From Candidatus Iainarchaeum sp. (lineage in GTDB: Archaea > Iainarchaeota > Iainarchaeia > Iainarchaeales > CSSED10-239), in NCBI GenBank assembly GCA_037441475.1, contig JBBISB010000001.1, forward strand, positions 126,418 through 158,417: DNA of 32,000 bases. The letters run 5' to 3'. Positions 17,073 to 28,100 of the stretch are shown here, piece after piece. The position numbers and the translations under genes were made by a program. The notes under the pieces are model-generated. The model saw only the letters and a list, made by a program, of their open reading frames with translations. It did no database searches and was not told the origin of the DNA. Positions within the stretch are counted from its first letter, which is position 1. Each line of letters begins with the position of its first letter.

Positions 17073-19967
17073 TTAATTAACAATACATGCTCCTCTTGCA
17101 TTTATCCAGCTATTTTGAGAATCTGAAGATAAATCATTACTGAATAATGGTTCTGATACTGCAATTGGGTTGTAATATACTTTTAAGTTGTTTGCACTAT
17201 AATCAATACATGCTTTCTTATCTTTTACAAGAGCAAAGATTTCTGATACAAACTTAATATCATTTCCTAAAATATTCTTAAGTTCAACTGTCTTTGATCC
17301 ATTTTTTTCTCTTGTATAGAATAATGCATCATCGTCATAAGCATCTTGGTATAATACACTTACACCATTACCGCTCTTGAAATTACTTGGTGTGTAAAAG
17401 ACTGTTCTTAAATAAACATCTCCTCTTCTTGTGATGTTTCTATTTTCCCATTCAACACCGTATGAAACTCCTTGACTTGATGTTGTTGGTGCAAGTCTTG
17501 AAGATAATGCTGCAATGTCTGGTCTGTAAAGGTATACTTCTTGAACAGAAATACCTGTAAAGTCTAAACAATTTCCAACACCTGTCCATGGAACTAAGCT
17601 TCCAGGAGTACTTGCAGGAGATCCACCTAATGCTTGTGGTGCACCTATATCAAGCTTATAGAAACTATAAGCATTGTTAGCTTGGTTTGAAACTTTTAAA
17701 ACAACTGGTGTTGCTCTAGAAGGAACAAAAACTAACCTTGGATTTGTTTTTGTACTTGATAAAGAAATGTCTAAAAGCATTCCTCTTGTTGAACTGTTGT
17801 TTATAAAAGAAAAGTCAGTTGCTTCTTTTCCATATTCCTTAACACTTATAGTATTAACTGTATTTGATTGAGTAAAAGGCTCAGTTCTTAAATATTCATT
17901 AGTTTGAAGTTGTGAGATTGTTACAATATCTCCTGTAAAGTCAACACCGTAACCTTGTCTTGCGTTCTCTGAATCAATACCAACAATACCATTAAATGGC
18001 ATGTAGTAAAGAGGAGAATCTCTTTCAGGTGCAAGTTCTCTAGTTAAGATAACTTCAACTTTTCCAGAAACTTCTCCTGTTGTTTTATTAAATAAATTCC
18101 ATTCATCATCAAATGTTACTTTTAATAAAACATTGTATCTTCCAGGTCCTTGAAGCATTAATCTACCAGGCTCTGAATCAAAGGAAGATTTAAATATTAA
18201 GTTATCTGTTGTAAAGTATTTATAGTAGCTATCCTTGTAGTAATCAGGGGCAGCTGTTATTGTGAATCTATAGTATCTATCAAAATCAGCTTTAAAGTCA
18301 TTAGAATAACCATCTTTCATTAAATAAGATCTAAACTCTACTAAAGAAGTATCTATCTTGTTATTCTTTGAATAAAGGTTTATGTTTTGAGATGTTTTTT
18401 CTAAGTTACATAAATCTGAGTTTGGAGTAAATTCATTTATTAAAATATTATCTGCTGTTGTAACCTCTAATGATTTATAAGGCTCTATTAAAGTTAAGAT
18501 AGCTTGTACCTTAAACTTTGTTTCATCATCTAAGATTAAACCAACATTAAACTTTTCAGATCCTGAGAATTTTTTGTTTGTAAAGTCAATAACATTTATT
18601 GTTATAAGTTTAGATGTTTGTAAAACATTGTCTTTGAAAACAATTATGTTAAGGTCACCGTATTTTGGAGTTGCTGCATTCTTATCACTTGAATTAAAGG
18701 ATCCTTTTAAAGTATAATCTACTGTTACAAAGGAAGCTTCATAATTTGAGTTTAATTGAGTTATACCTAAATTATTATTTTCTGAAATTAAGCTTTGAGT
18801 TATACCTGGTGTAGGACATGTAAATGAACCTTTGTTGTTTTGTACAAATGTTTCTATATCTTTTAATTTATTTAAAACTTCAATTGAGAATTGTGTTGCA
18901 TCACAGTAAATTGATTGTTTGTCTTTTTGACCTGTTAAGTCAGCATCACACCAGTTCTTTCTTGAAACACTCATTCCTGAGATTGTTTCTGCGTTGTCTA
19001 TACTGTATGTCCAGTCAAGAGCTATTCTTGGAAGAGCTTCTGTTCCTGTACTTCCTAAAAGAGTAGTACCATCTTCAGCTATACAGTTAACTTGATCAAG
19101 TTCAATTCCTGTAATATCGTCTCTTACATAAGAGTTAAAGATTAATTTAAATGGTTCTAAAACAACTTCTTGTTTTTTATTTTCATCAATTTTGTTTAGA
19201 AGTTTTTTATTTGAACCGTCTAAGTATTTTGAAATTTTAATTTGACTTGCACCTGTAAAGAAAGGTATCAACATTGAATAGCCACCCCAGATATCTTCAA
19301 AATCAAGTTCATAATCTACTTTTCCTGTATATGTTGACTTAGGATATCTTATTACAAAGTTTCTATATTCATATGCATTTTCAATAGTTTTGTTTGTATC
19401 TTCAAATAATATTTCTCTTTTTTGTATGTCTTTAGGTTGATTGTTTGAATCTAAAAGAGTTACTAGTTTTGTTTTTTCTGCAAGTCTGAAAAGAGGTGAG
19501 TTTTTACCATCATCTATTTCAGATAGATTTTTGGTGTTTATAAATCTTGCATCTAAGATGTTTTCATCTGTTAAAAGCATGTTATTTTTAACTATTTTTT
19601 GATCTATTCTATTATCTAAAAGGTAATTATCATATGGCTCAAAATAATCTATTTTATCAGTAGATATATTTACTTTGTCTCTGTCTAAGGCAAAATCAAT
19701 CTCTACTTTTGAAAGTTGAGAAAAGGTATTAATAGCTGAAAAAGCACCTGCTAGGACACCGTGCACAATTGGGTTTAGACCAAAGACTTTGTTTAAAAGT
19801 GTTTCAGCACCAGAAAACAATTGTTCAATAAGTACATTTCCTGCTTGGCTTTTGGCTTCACTAGCTAATTTATTAGCAGAGACAGGCATGCTTACAAATG
19901 AAAGCATAAGTGCCATTATTAAAAAAATTCCTAAAAATTTTATTTTATTATTTTTTATTTTTTCCAT
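17073..19967 (-). CDS. Secreted/surface protein E (964 aa), apparent stand-alone counterpart of the C-terminal region of D
   Basis: Signal-like MEKIKNNKIKFLGIFLIMALMLSFVSMPVSA. LPRIALDWTYSID...YCDATQFSIEVLNKL, YYMPFNGIVGIDSENARQGYGV, PWTGVG, RRGDVYLRTVFYTP and KKACI all have counterparts in the same order in D. GGTG element upstream. Confidence 0.85.
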   Translation of the reverse strand: MEKIKNNKIKFLGIFLIMALMLSFVSMPVSANKLASEAKSQAGNVLIEQLFSGAETLLNKVFGLNPIVHGVLAGAFSAINTFSQLSKVEIDFALDRDKVNISTDKIDYFEPYDNYLLDNRIDQKIVKNNMLLTDENILDARFINTKNLSEIDDGKNSPLFRLAEKTKLVTLLDSNNQPKDIQKREILFEDTNKTIENAYEYRNFVIRYPKSTYTGKVDYELDFEDIWGGYSMLIPFFTGASQIKISKYLDGSNKKLLNKIDENKKQEVVLEPFKLIFNSYVRDDITGIELDQVNCIAEDGTTLLGSTGTEALPRIALDWTYSIDNAETISGMSVSRKNWCDADLTGQKDKQSIYCDATQFSIEVLNKLKDIETFVQNNKGSFTCPTPGITQSLISENNNLGITQLNSNYEASFVTVDYTLKGSFNSSDKNAATPKYGDLNIIVFKDNVLQTSKLITINVIDFTNKKFSGSEKFNVGLILDDETKFKVQAILTLIEPYKSLEVTTADNILINEFTPNSDLCNLEKTSQNINLYSKNNKIDTSLVEFRSYLMKDGYSNDFKADFDRYYRFTITAAPDYYKDSYYKYFTTDNLIFKSSFDSEPGRLMLQGPGRYNVLLKVTFDDEWNLFNKTTGEVSGKVEVILTRELAPERDSPLYYMPFNGIVGIDSENARQGYGVDFTGDIVTISQLQTNEYLRTEPFTQSNTVNTISVKEYGKEATDFSFINNSSTRGMLLDISLSSTKTNPRLVFVPSRATPVVLKVSNQANNAYSFYKLDIGAPQALGGSPASTPGSLVPWTGVGNCLDFTGISVQEVYLYRPDIAALSSRLAPTTSSQGVSYGVEWENRNITRRGDVYLRTVFYTPSNFKSGNGVSVLYQDAYDDDALFYTREKNGSKTVELKNILGNDIKFVSEIFALVKDKKACIDYSANNLKVYYNPIAVSEPLFSNDLSSDSQNSWINARGACIVN

Positions 19968-20000
19968 ATTTTTTTACACCTTTTTTTAAAAATATAAAAA

Positions 20001-23000
20001 TTATTTAATTATTTGTATAGGGATATAACCACTTACATTAAACTCAGATAAGTTTTGAACAAGATATTGTTGTGTACTACCACTTATTCTTAATATTTTT
20101 TTACTTCCTGCTTTTTCACCTAAATAAATTGCAAAATAGCCCATAGCTCCAGAAGAACTTGGGGAAGTGTAACCTATAAAGTCACCAGGAGATAAATTAT
20201 TTTCAGCGTAAGGACTACAGGTTTCATAATTACAAATAAAATTAACAACTGTAATTTTATTTGTTTTTTGAATACCTTCTAATGCAGCTAACTTATTATA
20301 CATTTCAATACCAGAACCATAGTTAGTTAAGTTAGGAGAAGTTCCATTCAAGGAATCTAAATTAATATAATTATTTGTAACACTAGAATCTTCAGTTTCA
20401 GTAGTGGTTGCAGTTCCAGTTCCAGGAGTGGTTGCAGATCCAAGAGTAGTAATTGTAGAAGTGCCTTTTACAGCAGCTTCAAGAGCAGTTGTTGCCTCTT
20501 TTATTTTTTTCTTATCTCCACCAGCAATTGCTGCTTTTAAAGCAGTTGCAGCAGTAATAACATCAGAATCATTATTTCCCTCTACACTTTTTAATAATTT
20601 ATTTGCCTTATCTTCTGCTAAAGCAAATATCTTACCTTGTAAAAAAGCAGAGATAGTTGTAGTGTATATTCCTTCTCTTAAGAAAGCAACAAAGGCCATC
20701 TTCCATTTAGCATTTTCTTTTACAGTAAACTGTCCTGTTATCTCTTGACTATAACAAAGGTTAATAATGTTTGTAACATCGTAAGCTATAGCACTCATAG
20801 AAAGACCAGTACTCTCAGATGTCTCTGATCTATAAAGATCAAACTCATATCTTTCAAGATCTAAACAATAGTCAGTAGGTCTAACATATACCTTAACTCT
20901 TTTTATTAAATCTTCATCTTGTCTTGATTCTTTCATAGCACCGTAAACGTTTAAAACATAAGCACCAGGTGTTGCGCCCATAGATGATACTGTAACAGCT
21001 TGACTTGTACCTGTAGAAGATACCTCAATATCTCCTCTAGGATCAACTATAAGACCAATACAATCATCACATGAAAGTCTGTATACCATGCTTGTAGAGC
21101 ATGCTTTATTTTCAATAGTGAAAGAGTCCCCCATTTGTCCAACATTTAAAGTGTTCTTTGAGAATACAACACAGTCTTTTAAATTTGTAACATCAATCTC
21201 AAAAGCGATTTCAGAAACTATTTCTTGAGATCCATTACCAGTATTGTTAATAGATCTAAATTGTACCTTACCTTTAACAGTTCCTTTCATTCTTCCTATA
21301 GGTTCATACTTTAAAACAACTGGAAGAGATCTATCTCTATCAAAAGTATCAAGTAAATTTCTATAGTTACCATGTGTAAGTTCAACAGATCTATTATCTA
21401 TACTTACTATAAACTTACCTTGTGGATTAGATTCAAATAATACTCTTGCTTCAAGACCATTTGATAAAGGCATGTTTGTTCCTTTTATAGAACATGTGTT
21501 TGCAATTATAAAGTTTGTTTGTACAGGTTTATTTATAGAAACATCTTTCCATAAACCATTTGAAATTGTTAAACAATTTGAATTATCAATCATACCATCA
21601 AAGCCAATATTTACTTTAATAGGAAGTTCTGTTTGCCATTTATTATCTCCACTTGAAAGAACAATGTAAAGTGTTGAAGATAAATTTTGAAGTTCTCTAA
21701 TAGTTTCAGCTCTTGGGTTTAAACTTATTGTTAAAGGTATAACTTTTGAAGCATCTTTGTTGTCAGGTAAACTTGATACTGTATCGTATCCTTTTATAAC
21801 AATTCCAACACTTTCAAGAAGAGAATTATTAATTCTTGCTAAGTCAACAACCTCTAAACCATTTCCTTTAACAACTAACTCTTCAATAGTTAAGTCTATT
21901 GGAAAAATATTATTAATTGTAAAGTTTTCTGTTTTTTGTTTTTCATTAAAGATATTTAATGAATATGCTAAGTTTCTTGGTATTATATTAAATAATCTAT
22001 CAGTAGCTCTAAGCTCTATTAAAGTAGTTTCATACTCTGGAGCAGAAACATAAACATATATAACATCATTTGGACCTTGAGCAGGGATGTTTGAAACATT
22101 TAACTCTCCTGTTGAGTTAGGTATTGCAAGAGGTCCTTTTATTGTATCTTTAAATCTATCTTTAATAGTTACAGTAGCATCTTTAACAGGAACTGAAGAT
22201 TTTGAATCTTTTTGTTTTACTAAAAGATTAAAGTTTTTACCTGAAGGTATAACTTGTGGATCAGCTGTAACAATTAATGTTTTATCAGAAGCAACATCTA
22301 TGAATAATTGATTAATAAATCTTACTCTTTGATCTGATATAAACTTAATAGATAAGTTTCTTGTACCTTTTAATTTAGGAGTGAAAATAATTTCACCAGT
22401 TACCTTTTGTTTAGATAACAATTGTGTTATTGAAATATCAAAAGTGTATGAAGATGGATTATTCTGTGTGAATATCTCTCCATTTGGTTTAATGATCTTA
22501 ATAGTTTTAATATCAAGACCTTCATCAATATTCTCTAAAATGAATCTTGAGGATAAATATCTTGTTTCATTTGAGTTATTGATTAATGTAAAAGTATACT
22601 TATACTCTTTGTTTGGTTTTGCACCAAAACTATCAGTAACATCGTATCTTAAATCTTCTAAAACATCAACCATTGTTGAAGAGAAACAAAACTCTGTAGA
22701 ACAGAAAAGTTCACTTCCCACACCGTATGTTATATGGTCATAAACATCATAATATTCTATTTTATCATTACTTCCTAAATATTGGCTAAATGTTTCATAC
22801 TCTTCATCTTGGTTTAAACCAAAACCAAGATTATATATTTTTAGTTCTTCACCAAAGACAGCTGTATCTTTAACTGAAATTGTTGCTTCTATTTCATAGT
22901 TGTTATAGAAACCAATAGAACCTGTATAATCAATAGGCCATTCCTTTAATGTTGCTTTAGCCCATTTAAAATTTCCTTCAGTTAAGCTATCTTGATCTTT

Positions 23001-25115
23001 AAAGCCTTCACTTTCATGTGGAGGGTTTAAGTTATATTGAGTGTATTTTTGTATACTATCTAAATATGGAACATCTAGATGTTTAATAAATAAAGAATCA
23101 TTTTCAATCATTGAAGTTGAACCTGTTCTTAATAAGAAACCAATATCTTCAAATCTATCATCTCCAGTTCTGTTTTGAGGAACTAAAAGATTATATCTTA
23201 CTTGATAATCCATTCCAGCCTTTAAATTATCTTTAACTTCTAAACCATCTTTAAAGATACCAATAAACTCCATTCTAGGTTTTGATGTAGAACTGTTCTT
23301 TGGATATAAAGTAACTGTTAATTTTTCTTGAGTATCTGCTCTTAAAGGAACAAATCTTGATTGTGTTTTTCCATAAAAGTCATTTAAGTAATCTGTAGCA
23401 ACAACATAATAATCATTACCAGCATCAACAAAGAATTCAATTATTCCTTGTGAGTTTGTAAGATTACTTCTAAGTGGTATTGCAGGAGTAAAGCTGTAGT
23501 AACTATATCTATCGTATAAATCTATTCTTGCATCTGGAACTGGCATGCCATCTTTATCAACAACAGAGACAAGTAAAGAACCTTCTGAAATACCCATTGG
23601 TATTATAATTTCTCCAGAAAGATCTGGAAATTTAACATTAAATTCAAATGATGAAGATTCTCCAGTGACACTTCCCTTAATAGCTTTAGCTATATATCTT
23701 CCTGATGAAATATTTATTGTAGCATTTCCATCATAGTTTGTTACAAATGGTTTATAGTCTGTTAAAAAGCCAGTCTCTGCATCATATAAAACTACTTTTG
23801 CAAACTTAAAGCCTTTTCCATCCCAAGTTGTAACTTTAACTTTTAATGAAGCTAAAGTACCAGGAGTTATTAATGTTAATGGTATTACTATAGGTGTTGA
23901 AGGCATTTCTGCTTTTGCAGTTACGACTTGTCTTTTTATTAAATAACCTTCAGCATCAACAACTACATTATAGTCTTTTATTTCAGGGACAGTGAAAATT
24001 ACATATCCATTATCATCTGAAATTTTTGTTTCAATAGTATTATTTGAAATTGTTTTTAAACTTACTTCAGCATCTTTAACAGCACCAACTATTGGAGCTG
24101 TTACTCTTACATAGACATAACCTTTAACATCTGTTGTAAGTGTTTCTGTTTTAGTTGTATTTTCTGATAAATAATATGGTTTTGATAAAGTTCCGTATAA
24201 AGGAACTGTTCTTTGATCTGAATAGTTTGCTGTATATTCTCCTTTAGAAACTTCTTCGATTGTACATGTTCCGGTAGATATAGTTATACATGAACCAGCA
24301 GAACCGTAGTTGTTTGTTAAAGTTACCTTAATATTTGATAAGCCTTCACCTAAGGAGTTTTTAACATTAAAAACAACCTTAAATTTATCTCCTTCAAAAT
24401 TAAAGTTTGTAGGTATAAGTGCAATTCTTCCTGTTGAGTTTGTAATAGGAATATCATACTGTGAAACATACCCTGTAAAAGATATTGAAGAGATTGCTAA
24501 TCTACATTCAGGGAAAGCATCAACAGTTATTTGACCATTTGAAAAATTCATTGGTGCAGGAGCCATGCTTCCATTTAAACATTTAAAAGCAACTGAACCT
24601 GATCTATCAATAATTTGATTTGTTTCAGAGTTTACTGCATTAAAGGAATAAGTAACTGTAAGAGGTGTTACTTTAGTTGGTTCTAAAGCTAAAGGAATTA
24701 TCTCAAAATTTTCTTTAGATAAAATCTCTGTTGTGAAATTATTATAATTCTCTTCAGAAATATCTATTTTATAAAAGGAATTTTTAGGAACTTTTGATTT
24801 TTCAGTAAGACCATTTTCTGAAGTTTTAAGATATAGGTTACCTTCTGTAGTTGAAACTATTAAAGATATATTTTCAAGCAAAGCACCTGTATCTGCATCC
24901 ATAACCTTAAACTGGATATCAACTCCATCTCTTACTCCACCTGAAGGTAAAAGTAAAAAGATAAGTCCAGAAATTATAATTAAGATTAAAAGAAGAAATA
25001 AAACAAATGAAGGCATAACCTTATCTATCTTATCTGTGATCTTGTAAAGACCAGTTCTTTCAACAAAACTATAGTATCTATCTTCTAGATTGTAATAAAA
25101 CTTTTTAAGTCCCAT
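20001..25115 (-). CDS. Giant N-terminally membrane-anchored surface protein F (1704 aa) with Ig/Big-1-like repeats, helical/Thr-rich linker and a distinct C-terminal domain
   Basis: NLEDRYYSFVERTGLYKITDKIDKVMPSFVLFLLLILIIISGLIFLLL anchor matches A. Repeats include LLVSVVDKDGMPVPDARIDLYDRYSY and FNLLVKQKDSKSSVPVKDATVTIKDR. C-terminal LSPGDFIGYTSPSSSGAMGYFAIYLGE... AGGTTATA lies 4 nt upstream of the ATG. Confidence 0.85.
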   Translation of the reverse strand: MGLKKFYYNLEDRYYSFVERTGLYKITDKIDKVMPSFVLFLLLILIIISGLIFLLLPSGGVRDGVDIQFKVMDADTGALLENISLIVSTTEGNLYLKTSENGLTEKSKVPKNSFYKIDISEENYNNFTTEILSKENFEIIPLALEPTKVTPLTVTYSFNAVNSETNQIIDRSGSVAFKCLNGSMAPAPMNFSNGQITVDAFPECRLAISSISFTGYVSQYDIPITNSTGRIALIPTNFNFEGDKFKVVFNVKNSLGEGLSNIKVTLTNNYGSAGSCITISTGTCTIEEVSKGEYTANYSDQRTVPLYGTLSKPYYLSENTTKTETLTTDVKGYVYVRVTAPIVGAVKDAEVSLKTISNNTIETKISDDNGYVIFTVPEIKDYNVVVDAEGYLIKRQVVTAKAEMPSTPIVIPLTLITPGTLASLKVKVTTWDGKGFKFAKVVLYDAETGFLTDYKPFVTNYDGNATINISSGRYIAKAIKGSVTGESSSFEFNVKFPDLSGEIIIPMGISEGSLLVSVVDKDGMPVPDARIDLYDRYSYYSFTPAIPLRSNLTNSQGIIEFFVDAGNDYYVVATDYLNDFYGKTQSRFVPLRADTQEKLTVTLYPKNSSTSKPRMEFIGIFKDGLEVKDNLKAGMDYQVRYNLLVPQNRTGDDRFEDIGFLLRTGSTSMIENDSLFIKHLDVPYLDSIQKYTQYNLNPPHESEGFKDQDSLTEGNFKWAKATLKEWPIDYTGSIGFYNNYEIEATISVKDTAVFGEELKIYNLGFGLNQDEEYETFSQYLGSNDKIEYYDVYDHITYGVGSELFCSTEFCFSSTMVDVLEDLRYDVTDSFGAKPNKEYKYTFTLINNSNETRYLSSRFILENIDEGLDIKTIKIIKPNGEIFTQNNPSSYTFDISITQLLSKQKVTGEIIFTPKLKGTRNLSIKFISDQRVRFINQLFIDVASDKTLIVTADPQVIPSGKNFNLLVKQKDSKSSVPVKDATVTIKDRFKDTIKGPLAIPNSTGELNVSNIPAQGPNDVIYVYVSAPEYETTLIELRATDRLFNIIPRNLAYSLNIFNEKQKTENFTINNIFPIDLTIEELVVKGNGLEVVDLARINNSLLESVGIVIKGYDTVSSLPDNKDASKVIPLTISLNPRAETIRELQNLSSTLYIVLSSGDNKWQTELPIKVNIGFDGMIDNSNCLTISNGLWKDVSINKPVQTNFIIANTCSIKGTNMPLSNGLEARVLFESNPQGKFIVSIDNRSVELTHGNYRNLLDTFDRDRSLPVVLKYEPIGRMKGTVKGKVQFRSINNTGNGSQEIVSEIAFEIDVTNLKDCVVFSKNTLNVGQMGDSFTIENKACSTSMVYRLSCDDCIGLIVDPRGDIEVSSTGTSQAVTVSSMGATPGAYVLNVYGAMKESRQDEDLIKRVKVYVRPTDYCLDLERYEFDLYRSETSESTGLSMSAIAYDVTNIINLCYSQEITGQFTVKENAKWKMAFVAFLREGIYTTTISAFLQGKIFALAEDKANKLLKSVEGNNDSDVITAATALKAAIAGGDKKKIKEATTALEAAVKGTSTITTLGSATTPGTGTATTTETEDSSVTNNYINLDSLNGTSPNLTNYGSGIEMYNKLAALEGIQKTNKITVVNFICNYETCSPYAENNLSPGDFIGYTSPSSSGAMGYFAIYLGEKAGSKKILRISGSTQQYLVQNLSEFNVSGYIPIQIIK

Positions 25116-25119
25116 ATTT

Positions 25120-25127
25120 TATAACCT
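25120..25127 (-). promoter_or_regulatory. Shine-Dalgarno-like AGGTTATA, 4 nt from ATG
   Basis: Minus strand AAGAGGTTATA-AAAT-ATG. Confidence 0.55.
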
Positions 25128-25155
25128 CTTATTTTGAAAAATTCCTTTTTTATAA

Positions 25156-28100
25156 TTATTTAAATTTATCAGGATTATGCCATAGTAATAACTCTGGGTT
25201 ATTTCCTGAAATATTGAAACATACATTTCCTGTAGGTATCTCCTTAAAGACATCATTCATTGTATTGTATGTTAATTTTGGTTCTACATTATTCATTACT
25301 AAATTATAGATCATGAAATTATTACTCACTACTGTTTTTGTAAATGCAGTTACATTCTTTGTATCTCCATTATTGATTTGTGGATTTGCATACAAAGCAA
25401 CTTGTAAAGATGTTTTATCTTTAAGTAAGAATAATCTATTCATGTTGTTTAAAACCTTAAGATCAGTGTTATTGTTTGTTTGAACTATCTTAAAGTTATA
25501 TGGTTTATTAAAGTAAAATGGTCTTGAGTCTATGAAAGTATAGTTTGCCATATCCTTAAAGCTAAAGATATATCCATCTTGTATTGTGTCTGTAGATGAA
25601 TAATCTGTAACATTATAAATTCCACTTAAGAAAGGAGCATTATATAATGTATTGCTTTTAGACATAGTATATCTAGGGTTAATTGGCATACTGAATAATA
25701 TGTTTTTATTATATTCATCAGGAAGTGCCCTTACAAGACTTCTTATCTTTATAACAACATTCTTACCAACACCTTGTGAAGCATGTATTAAATAAACACC
25801 TGGTTTTGAAACATTCATAGCTCTTTCATAAGTAAATTCATATGTTTTAACAACAGTACTACTGTTATATGTGTTTAAGATATTAACATTTAATGGATCA
25901 TTAGTTTGTCCAAACTTCTTCAAGCTTGAAGTAAACACTTGTGGAGAAGATCCAAAGTAAACTTCCATGTTTGCGTATACTTCTGCTCTTTGGTTATCAT
26001 TAGAAAATTTATTATGTAAATTATTTAAGAAATACTCAGCAGTGGTGTATTGATAGTCCCCAATTGTAACTACTGCTAAATAATCTCCGCTTGGATTATA
26101 TTCAAGACCCTTTGTCTTAATAATGGTTATTTCTCTTAACTCCTGAGGAATAGAATTAAGTAATTTTACAGCTTCATCAATATAACTTTGAAGAGTCTCT
26201 TTTCCTTGCCTATTAAAGTCTTCACAAACATCTCCGTCACCACAGAAATCAACTTTTATATCTGATCTTTTTATTGTTTGCCAATCTTTTTCAAAGTAGA
26301 TATCTCCAAGTTTTACATATTTTGAAGTATCTTTTAAACTATCTAAACCAACTACCTTCTTTTGTAAATAATCATAGAATTGCTCTTGATCACAGTACAT
26401 GTTATCACAAGAGGTTGCAGTTATCTTTGAAGAATCATACTCAAATAAGATTTTATCAAATCCATAATCGTTGTATGCTTCTAAGCCAGTTTGTCCAAGA
26501 TTTGAAGAAAGGTCAGGAGCTAAACATTTAAGAGCACCAGTAGCTATAGTTTCTCCATCAGCAGTTGGTGTTACAGAACCATCAATACTCCTATCACTTA
26601 CAGCTGTTGAAACACCAATAGAGATATGTGATTCTAATTTTGCTTTTTGATTCTCACTAGATGCCCAAAGCTCAAATACTTTATTAATATTAGAGGTCTG
26701 ACCTTCTTTGAAAAGATCATAAATTGTTATCTTACTATTAACAGCTAAAACATTATTAAATGAATCAACTGGTCTTGTAAAACATAATTTGAAAATATGT
26801 CTTGTTGGTTTTAAAAATCTAATACTTACCTTTAATGGATTATAAGTATCCTTAAGGTAATAAGTACCATTATCATTAATATAAGAGGTATCCTTAATAC
26901 CGTTTAATGGAAAGTCTTTAACATAACCAAAGAAACATCTAGTAACTTCAGTTTCTTGATCCATTCTTTTAAACTTATCAGCAGTCAATTGATTTTCAGG
27001 AACATGTATCATAACAGCTTTATTTTCAGAATCTAAGGTGTAAGTTAACTTAACAGATGTATCAACAAACATCATATCTTCATCAGTTACATTTTCATCA
27101 GTAAACTGTTTTATTAAATCCCAGTTATCCTTATTATCTAAGATAAGCCACTGGAAGTTATCTGTAAGTTGCATACCTACATTATTATAGATTAAAGAGG
27201 ATTGTCCGTGTGGTGGTTGAAGACCAACTTGAAGCACAAACTTTAAGTTAACTGTATCCTCTACATCTATTAATATTTTTCTAAAGGATGAAACTATTCC
27301 TGCTGCTAAAGAATACTGTGAATATTTATTTAGATATTCCTTTGCAGAAACTGTGTTTTTAATCTCTGGATTTCTTCTTAATGCAATTTCCCAATATTCA
27401 ATTGGTTTATTAGTTGTAAGTTCTGTAAAAGTATCCACCTTAATAGGCTGTATCTTACCTTGCATCTCTCCAACAGTTAAGAAAGAAACACCATCAAAAT
27501 CAAGATCCATTAAATCAAGATAACTAACTTCAACTAATCTATAACCATCAGCAAAGCAAGTGTTCATAACTTTTACCATTTGGTATTTAGGGTCAAGTAT
27601 ATTTGAAAAATCTAATTTTTGAGGAGTTACCTGTATACATTTTGAAGGCATAAAGCTTATTGGTAAAGTTACTGAAACAGGCACATTTCCTACAAGTCTA
27701 TAATTTGCTTTATTTACTAAAGATGGCTTAACATTAACAGGTATATTGAAAGTACCCATTGACTCTCCACCTAAGATAGTAGTTTCTTTACTTTCACCAG
27801 GCTCTAAACTAAACTCTGCATCAGAAGTAATTGTTACACCGTAAGATGCATCAAGCTTAATTGTAACACCCTCTAAACAGTTGTTCTTAATATAGAAAGG
27901 TCTTACAGGACAGTTCATGTTGTTTGACATACCCATATTACCATAGTTATCTTGAGGGTAACCTGACATAAAATTATAACTATTATAGTTACCAAAAGTA
28001 TTTTGATACTGTGCTGTTGGGAAGTTATAAGGGTTAACTGTTGATGCTTGAGGACCAGCATAACCAAATTGTCCAACTAAATTGTAATTTGGATTTCTGT

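Noticed and set aside
17073-19967. E as a pseudogene or degraded fragment of D
   Set aside because: E has its own signal peptide, a GGTG element, an intact 964-codon frame and preserves all signature motifs; better explained as a functional short paralog.
454-20000. LPxTG sortase signals or a C-terminal TM/PGF-CTERM anchor
   Set aside because: C-termini (NCPTTSNP, DSLKCS, GACIVN, FPFTPLFKK) are polar or lack such motifs.
20404-20748. Plus-strand ORF of 114 aa and the other short plus-strand ORFs (e.g. 3612-3800, 5292-5480, 5858-6109, 14450-14638, 15476-15697, 16033-16278, 18824-19066, 22381-22743, 29396-29677)
   Set aside because: All lie antisense inside long, well-supported minus-strand CDSs and have no convincing start context or recognisable domain. 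The 20404-20748 case mirrors the Ala/Thr-rich segment of F.
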